A stretch of DNA of 34,768 nucleotides from Octopus bimaculoides (Eukaryota), in contig NC_069005.1 in NCBI RefSeq assembly GCF_001194135.2, positions 28,686,479-28,721,246 on the forward strand, given 5' to 3'. Positions 27,965 to 34,768 of this stretch are shown here, piece after piece (positions within the stretch are counted from its first letter, which is position 1; every line of letters begins with the position of its first letter). Made by a program: the position numbers and the translations under genes. Under the pieces are notes generated by a model, which was given only the letters and a program-made list of their open reading frames with translations, did not search any database and was not told where the DNA came from.

Positions 27965-28095
27965 AGGCTGCACCAGGCTCCAGTCTGATCTGGCAAGGTT
28001 TCTACAGCTGGATGCCCTTCCTAACGCCAACCACTCCGAGAGAACTGGAGATAAGCAGCCCAAAGATCAATGTTTGGTATGTTAAATGATGATGA
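27965..28095. mobile_element. Family B retroposon fragment next to an assembly gap
   Basis: ggctgcaccaggctccagtctgatctggc...gatgcccttcctaacgccaaccactccgag. Confidence 0.65.
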
Positions 28096-28849
28096 TATAT
28101 ACACACACACACACATGTATGGACTTCTACCAGTTTCTGTCAACTAAATCCACTCATAAGAATTTGATTGAGGTCAGGGGCTACAGTAGAACACAATTGC
28201 CCAAGGTGTCATGAAGTGGGATTGAACCTGAAACCACATGGTTAAGAAGTGAGCTTCTTAATCACACAACCATGTCTACAGATACTTCTTCCCCATATCA
28301 CATGTCTCTATTGTGCAACTGTTATCATCATTGCCACTGTTAATGAATTTCTTGCATATATGTAAAAATTAGATAACCACAGATCAGCTCTGCAATACAA
28401 GAAAGAGTATTCATAGACTGATACACAGAGGGGTATACAATCGACAGGTTATTTTTTCCCTAAAAACTCCATAATACAAACCAACAGGCAGATTTTTTCT
28501 TTAGCTTCTCATAAAAGCTGGTCGAGCATTTTGGTTTTAATGTAGCTGAGTACCTATATAAATATATATATTTTTGTTCATCGTCTCAAAATGTATCACA
28601 TTAGCCTTTTCTTCACAATAAGCCTGTTGGAAACCAAATAGTTCTGTAAATCTGAACATTTGTATGAATTAGGTTTCTTTTTTCTGTTTTATGTATCTGT
28701 CTTTTTTAACGTTTACTTTTCTATTTCATTTAGTTATTTGTTTGAAGCTGGATCCTCTTAATCTTAATTATTCATCTGCAAAAAGCATAACTGGACAAGA
28801 GTAATTAGTTCTGTATGAAAGCACGTCAGGTAGTCTACGATAACCGTCC

Positions 28850-29986
28850 TTACACAATGTGAGTCAATCTATGGGCGTTCAAACTGTATGCGTAGGAGTA
28901 AGCTTTACCACAAATTTCACAGCAGTATGGCTTCTCTCCTGTGTGTGTACGTACATGTTTATGTAAATCTGTCTTAAAAGTGAACGCTCTGCCGCAAATT
29001 TCACACTGGAAAGGTCTTTCCCCTGTATGGACAAAATTGTGTCGTTTTAAATTGTTCTGGGAGAAAGATTTACCGCAAATATCACAATGGTACGGTTTTT
29101 CTCCTGTGTGAATCTGAACGTGTCGTGTCAGATTGCTGTTTGCTGCAAATGACTTACCGCAAATCTCGCAGTGGTATGGCTTCTCCCCGGTATGAATTCG
29201 CAGGTGCACAGTTAAATTTCGTTTGTTAGAAAACTTCCGCCCGCAAACTGCGCAAGACGGCTTCGCTTCTGGGTGAGCAAGCTTATGTCGGTGCAAAAGG
29301 CTTCTCTGACAGAAAGTCTCCTCGCAGTAATTGCAACTGTACAGTTTGTCACCCACATGCGACAATTCGTGATTAGTCAAATGGTTTTTACAGTAAAACG
29401 ATGTACTACAGATGTCGCAGTGGTGCAACTTTTCTAAATGGGTCACTGAGTGGTAGGTCAGGTTCTTCTTGAAGGAAAACGTTTTGCCACAGATTTCACA
29501 GATGAACGGTTTCGTCTCAATGTGCGTCATTATGTGTTGGGACAAATAGCTATTCTGTGAAAAAGACCTACCACAGATTTCACAGCAAAATGGATTCTCG
29601 CCCGTATGGGACCATTTATGGACAGACAGTAAACTATTACGAGAGAACGCTTCACCACAGATGTCACACTGGAATGGTTTCTCCCCTGTGTGAATTCTCT
29701 CATGTAAATTCAATCTGCTCTTTTTAGAAAACGTTTTATCACAAAACTGACATTGGTGTGGCTTGTTCTTGATATGTATCCATTTATGATCAGTCAAATA
29801 CCGGGCTACAGAAAACGCTTTATCACACACCTCACATTTGTATGGTTTCTCCCCTGTATGGGTACGATTATGTATTGTTAATTCACTGTTTCCAGAGAAT
29901 GCTTGTCCACAAATTTCACAAACATATGTTTTTTTCCGATTATTTTTTCTTTGATCACCAAACCTATTTCGAGATTTTCTTTTCAT
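28850..29986 (-). CDS. C2H2 zinc-finger protein, 378 aa, 13 tandem fingers, single coding exon
   Basis: Uninterrupted ORF with 13 C-x2-C...H-x3-H units, many TGEKP linkers and a basic N-terminus (MKRKSRNR...RKK). Typical of the expanded cephalopod tandem C2H2 class. Confidence 0.93.
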   Translation of the reverse strand: MKRKSRNRFGDQRKNNRKKTYVCEICGQAFSGNSELTIHNRTHTGEKPYKCEVCDKAFSVARYLTDHKWIHIKNKPHQCQFCDKTFSKKSRLNLHERIHTGEKPFQCDICGEAFSRNSLLSVHKWSHTGENPFCCEICGRSFSQNSYLSQHIMTHIETKPFICEICGKTFSFKKNLTYHSVTHLEKLHHCDICSTSFYCKNHLTNHELSHVGDKLYSCNYCEETFCQRSLLHRHKLAHPEAKPSCAVCGRKFSNKRNLTVHLRIHTGEKPYHCEICGKSFAANSNLTRHVQIHTGEKPYHCDICGKSFSQNNLKRHNFVHTGERPFQCEICGRAFTFKTDLHKHVRTHTGEKPYCCEICGKAYSYAYSLNAHRLTHIV

Positions 29987-30816
29987 TTTGTAGGGTTGTT
30001 TAAATTTCTTTTAAATTTGCAATTTCAGTAAAGAATCCGTAAACGCCATTAATCTATGGAGAAAGAAATCCAACATGAATCTCCAACACAAATTTTACCA
30101 CAATGGGGTCCGTTTTGTTTTGTTGCAATTTCTTCTCCTTTGATACGTCAAGATTTTCTTTTCATTTTGTAACATTGTTTAAATTAGATTTTTTTAAAAT
30201 TTTAATTTGCATTTTCAATAAGAATCCTTTAATTTAACACCAATAAATTAAGGAGGAAGAAACCCAACATGTATCTTGAACAAAAATTTCCCATGATGGG
30301 GTTCAATTGTTGTTTTTTAAAATTTGTTTTGCAATGTTACAATATGTCCCCAAAGAGTTTTGTTACCGTATTTGCATCCATTAATAATTAAAGAATTCAC
30401 CTAATTTTATCGACTTAAGTTAACGAAATATGAAAGTTAACAAAATATGAAAGTTTTCTTACATGGAGTAAAATTTTCTGTTTCGGAAGAAAAGCATTTC
30501 ATTTCTGATTGGAAGTGAAGAAATCCAGAGAGAAGACTGGAGGATGCTATAGCACAATTCATAGAATTTCCAGACTGATAGTTTAAACCACTGCATTCCA
30601 AATGGCAAATGTATTCTTACAGTTTAATGTGTAGAAAGAGAATTTCAGGTATTTCTCCTCATTTGTGGATACCTAAAGTAGAAAATTTATGTTAGGATAG
30701 TAAAGTTATAGTGGTAAGTAAAACATGTTAAAGTTAGTGTGAGGGGTCTGTATTATGAATATGGTGCAGGTAAGGATTAGGTCTGGGCTCAAATGACACT
30801 TTTGATTATATATAGT

Positions 30817-30864
30817 GCGAGTGAGTGAGCGTGTGGGCGAGTGAGTGAGCGTGTGGGCGAGTGT
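30817..30864. repeat. 20-bp tandem repeat (gcgagtgagtgagcgtgtgg) x ~2.3
   Basis: Exact copies at 30817-30836 and 30837-30856 plus a partial third. Confidence 0.85.
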
Positions 30865-33371
30865 GTGTAGACAGATAATGAAGTGAAAGATGTTTGTCAA
30901 ACTAATCGCTTCCGGTACTTATTTTCTTTTTAAAACCAGTATTTATTCTGTCGGTCTCTTTTGCCGAACTGCTAAGTTATGGGGATGCAAGCACACCAAC
31001 CTGATAAAAAAAAAATAGCAGCCAAATCCTCGAATCTGTTTATTTGAAGTGTTAAATTTGAAAGGTTGACACGGATACAAAGAAATAGAGGGAAAAAAGG
31101 GGGCAGAGGGAGGGGGAAAGGCAGAGGATGCGATGGGCCACACACCACAGAACNNNNNNNNNNNNNNNNNNNNNNNNNNNNNNNNNNNNNNNNNNNNNNN
31201 NNNNNNNNNNNNNNNNNNNNNNNNNNNNNNNNNCGATGGCCCGCAGCACTCGTGCAGGAGCCATTCCATCTTGAGGGGTTCATTTCTCCGACGAGCCGAC
31301 GTTTTCCGTTTTGCGGAGATCAGTTAAGTGCACAAAATATCGTCTGATTTGGAGTTTTTAAAAATAAAAAATAAAAAATAATGAAATGCAATTAAGCGGA
31401 ACAGGTCGCGTCTACTTCCATTAATAGTGAACATGTTTTTTTTTTTATCAACTACGGGAGATAACTCTGAATACTTTTTGTCTTATTTTTAAGGCTCCTC
31501 AGTAAAGTATCAAATAGCTTTGGGGGGAAACGGACCAAAATTACATCTGGAGTTTTCTCCCGTGTTTATCATTAAAAAGAAAAGGTGGATGGATCATTAA
31601 TTAGCGTCTTGAGAACCCACCCTAAGACAAGCTCTTTGAGAAAACATGTTCCAGCTATGATCAACACCTTTTTAAAGGTAATGTATCTAGAACCACATTA
31701 CCGAACGTTAAGCATTTTTTTTATTACGTAGATAGGGTTTGATTAAATTGTACCTTTTTAACAAGTCCCAAGTAAACAAGAGCCTAGCAGTTGCGTGCCT
31801 GGGGTGCACCTATGCCCCCACCAAAAACAACGAATCATTAATTTTACAAATCAGGTAGTGCGACTTAAAATTTACTACTTTAATTTTATCGCTTAAAGGA
31901 CTTTTCAAGTTGGGGGTTTAAAGAATTTGTTTGGTCATAGCTTCAAATTTTAATGCGGGCGAAGACTATCACCCACCACCACTACCACACACACACACAC
32001 ACACACTACACCAAAACTTAGAGGGAGATTAGTCTGCTATTTCTAACAGGTCGATCGGCCGTGCTGAGGCCTCCCCTCGTTGGCTCGTACATAACAGTCG
32101 ACTTGTGGATGAAGTTCAAGACAAATTTCGTCTGAGAATGCAAATGCTTTGGGACAAGACTATCATCCATTCTCTTTTGCAGTCTTTCAAGGGAACGTAT
32201 TCAGTCTCAAACACGACGGAAAAGTTTGCCAACGCAAACCACCAAAAGTTTTGCTGACCGCTGTGTATTTACATACAATATATAAATGGTCCGACAGTTC
32301 AGAAGTGACAAATGGCGTTCGGATATAGCTGGCCGTTATTCGCGCCAACGCTTTGGCTATCTTGTCTGCAGGTCGAAGATCGACAAGTCCTACACTATGA
32401 TCGATCCAAATAAGTTACTAGGAAACCGCGCAAAGGGTGGGGAACCAATTTAGTTACAAGAGAATAAAAGTGCAGAAGAACCTAGAAACTGAAGATTATG
32501 CCGATTTGGTTGTATTTATGATTTAAAGGGACTTGGGCAGAGTTACAGGAAAGTTGTCCCCCCACCGCCCGCTCGGGGAGCGGGGTATAGTGTAGGGCTT
32601 CTTTATTTTATTTTATATATTTATTTATTTTAATGTTTGTGGATTTCACAAAACGGTAATCACGATTTCTGAAAATAAAATTTTTTATCAAGAATTTCTT
32701 TTTCAATGTTTTTTCACCATTTCGACCTCACTTCTCACACGGGAAACGTGTTCTTTTCCCATAAGATATAGGACAGATATCCCGAAACTTTGCCGGATTT
32801 TTCCACGGAGAAGGCAGGTGAGGGATTTCCAGCCTTACCAGAGACTGGTTTGGGTGTAATTCCCAGCAGGTCAAGCGAGGTTCCTTCGCTAGTATGTATA
32901 TCACTTTCGTTATGCATTCAATAAATTCGATAGACACACACACTGGAAGGCTAAGCAGGCCTAAACTTCAAAGTAATTTTCAACACTAGATTTTTTAAAG
33001 AATAATATGTACTTCACAAAAAGTTTGCCTAATCATTCAGCTTAACGTTAAACTGTTTTTATTATAATTCGACATTAAAAGACTAACTGGCATCTCTTGT
33101 CAAGAGTAAAGGCGACGACAGCCAGATGGCTGTTTGTTGTGCACTCCACTGTCGTTATTTGATTGCCGTTATTCTGAGCGTCTGTATGTAGAGATGAGTT
33201 GTGTATTTGCAGGGCTGCTTTAGAAATTGCTAGATATATAAATTAAAAAAAGGTAAGCCATTTGGGGTTAGAAATATTGCGGAAAAACGTGAAACTCTTC
33301 GAACAGGCATGTGTCTTATGCGAAATTTGTGATGAGCCCGAGTGACGCTGGTCACCTGGAATCGCCTCTGA

Positions 33372-33373
<2 letters not shown>

Positions 33374-33418
<45 letters not shown>
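33374..33418. repeat. (CT)n microsatellite abutting an assembly gap
   Basis: Direct observation. Confidence 0.95.
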
Positions 33419-33989
33419 NNNNNNNNNNNNNNNNNNNNNNNNNNNNNNNNNNNNNNNNNNNNNNNNNNNNNNNNNNNNNNNNNNNNNNNNNNNNNNNNNN
33501 NNNNNNNNNNNNNNNNNNNNNNNNNNNNNNNNNNNNNNNNNNNNNNNNNNNNNNNNNNNNNNNNNNNNNNNNNNNNNNNNNNNNNNNNNNNNNNNNNNNN
33601 NNNNNNNNNNNNNNNNNNNNNNNNNNNNNNNNNNNNNNNNNNNNNNNNNNNNNNNNNNNNNNNNNNNNNNNNNNNNNNNNNNNNNNNNNNNNNNNNNNNN
33701 NNNNNNNNNNNNNNNNNNNNNNNNNNNNNNNNNNNNNNNNNNNNNNNNNNNNNNNNNNNNNNNNNNNNNNNNNNNNNNNNNNNNNNNNNNNNNNNNNNNN
33801 NNNNNNNNNNNNNNNNNNNNNNNNNNNNNNNNNNNNNACAATTAATACATGTCAGAGTGACAAATAAACAGGAAAGGTACTAGGTGGTCATGGGATGTGC
33901 TAAAAAGAATAGCTTTTTTTTTTCTTTTTTTTTTTACCTAATCGTATGAGTTCCCGTGTGTAGAACACAAATTCGAAAAACATTTTCTG

Positions 33990-34200
33990 AAAATTCCAAA
34001 AGCCTAGAATTTATTCTATCAGTTTTATTAACCGAACCGCTAATGTTACGGGGTCGTAAACACATAAACACCGGTTAAGTGGTAATGCGAGAACACAGAC
34101 ACAAACGCACACATAGATATATGCATATATACGACGGGCTTCTTTCAGTTTCCCTCTACCAAATCCCCTCACAAGGCTTTGGTCGGCCCGAGGCTATAGT
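33990..34200 (-). mobile_element. SINE family A fragment
   Basis: ttctatcagtt...gaaccgctaatgttacgggg...gacgggcttctttcagtttccctctaccaaatcc...ttggtcggcccgaggctatagtag. Confidence 0.7.
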
Positions 34201-34768
34201 AGTGGAGATTATGATTACATCGAACACATTATATACCGGTACACATCACATATCTACAAAACTTGAAATTTTGAGAAGAGGCCAGTTCTATGCTATCGAC
34301 CTTTATATTTAACTAGTACTTTATTCTTCTCGTCCTCGGAGGAACGGCAAGCAAAGCTGACCTCGGCGGGGAATTTTGAACGCAAAACGTTCAGAACCGA
34401 CCCCCTAACGATTAACAGCCTATCGCCCAAAGCATATAAAGCCAACAATTTTGTGGAGAGAGGATATTAGTGCGAAACGGTCAACCCGACTATTTGACTG
34501 GTATTTCATTTTTATCGTCCCCAAAGGAATTGAAGCAAAAGTGGAACCGGCAGAATTTGAACTCGTAATGTAAACGATGAACAAATGCTAGGCACTGTCA
34601 TGGTATTAGCTGTCAGAATTGAAAGTAGAACTGACAAGGAACGTTACTGCTGGCTACTGACTAGCCGGAGCTATCTATCTGTCTGTCTATTTCACTATCT
34701 CTCTCTCTATATATATATTATATATATATATATATATATATCACTCGTTCACCTCTGTTTGTGTCCGT

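Overview
Animal genomic DNA, repeat-dense and AT-rich, with five assembly gaps (741-1347, 4060-4317, 27895-27964, 31154-31233, 33419-33837). The repeat families and the intronless tandem C2H2 gene suggest an octopus/cephalopod genome (inference). Two protein-coding genes can be supported. (1) A complete argininosuccinate lyase (ASL) on + with 16 coding exons, 6971-23600, all GT-AG, 1389 nt = 462 aa + stop, with intact GYTHLQ and [10 protein letters not shown] motifs. (2) A convergent single-ORF gene on - encoding 13 C2H2 zinc fingers (28850-29986). The rest is tRNA-derived SINEs, RTE- and CR1-like LINE remnants, an internally deleted Tc1/mariner element, several MITE families and microsatellites. 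The most interesting observation is a candidate extra phase-0 exon in ASL coding intron 1 (ATG 9629-9742). It would give ASL a 38-aa N-terminal extension with an NLS-like KRPR motif, suggesting a possible nuclear isoform. Other notable structures are a ~930-bp near-palindrome upstream of ASL, an inverted SINE pair inside ASL intron 2, tandem RTE 3'-end modules antisense in the last ASL intron, and a duplicated start module plus in-frame uORF at the zinc-finger gene. All calls were made by manual reading; no database search was run, and repeat boundaries are approximate.
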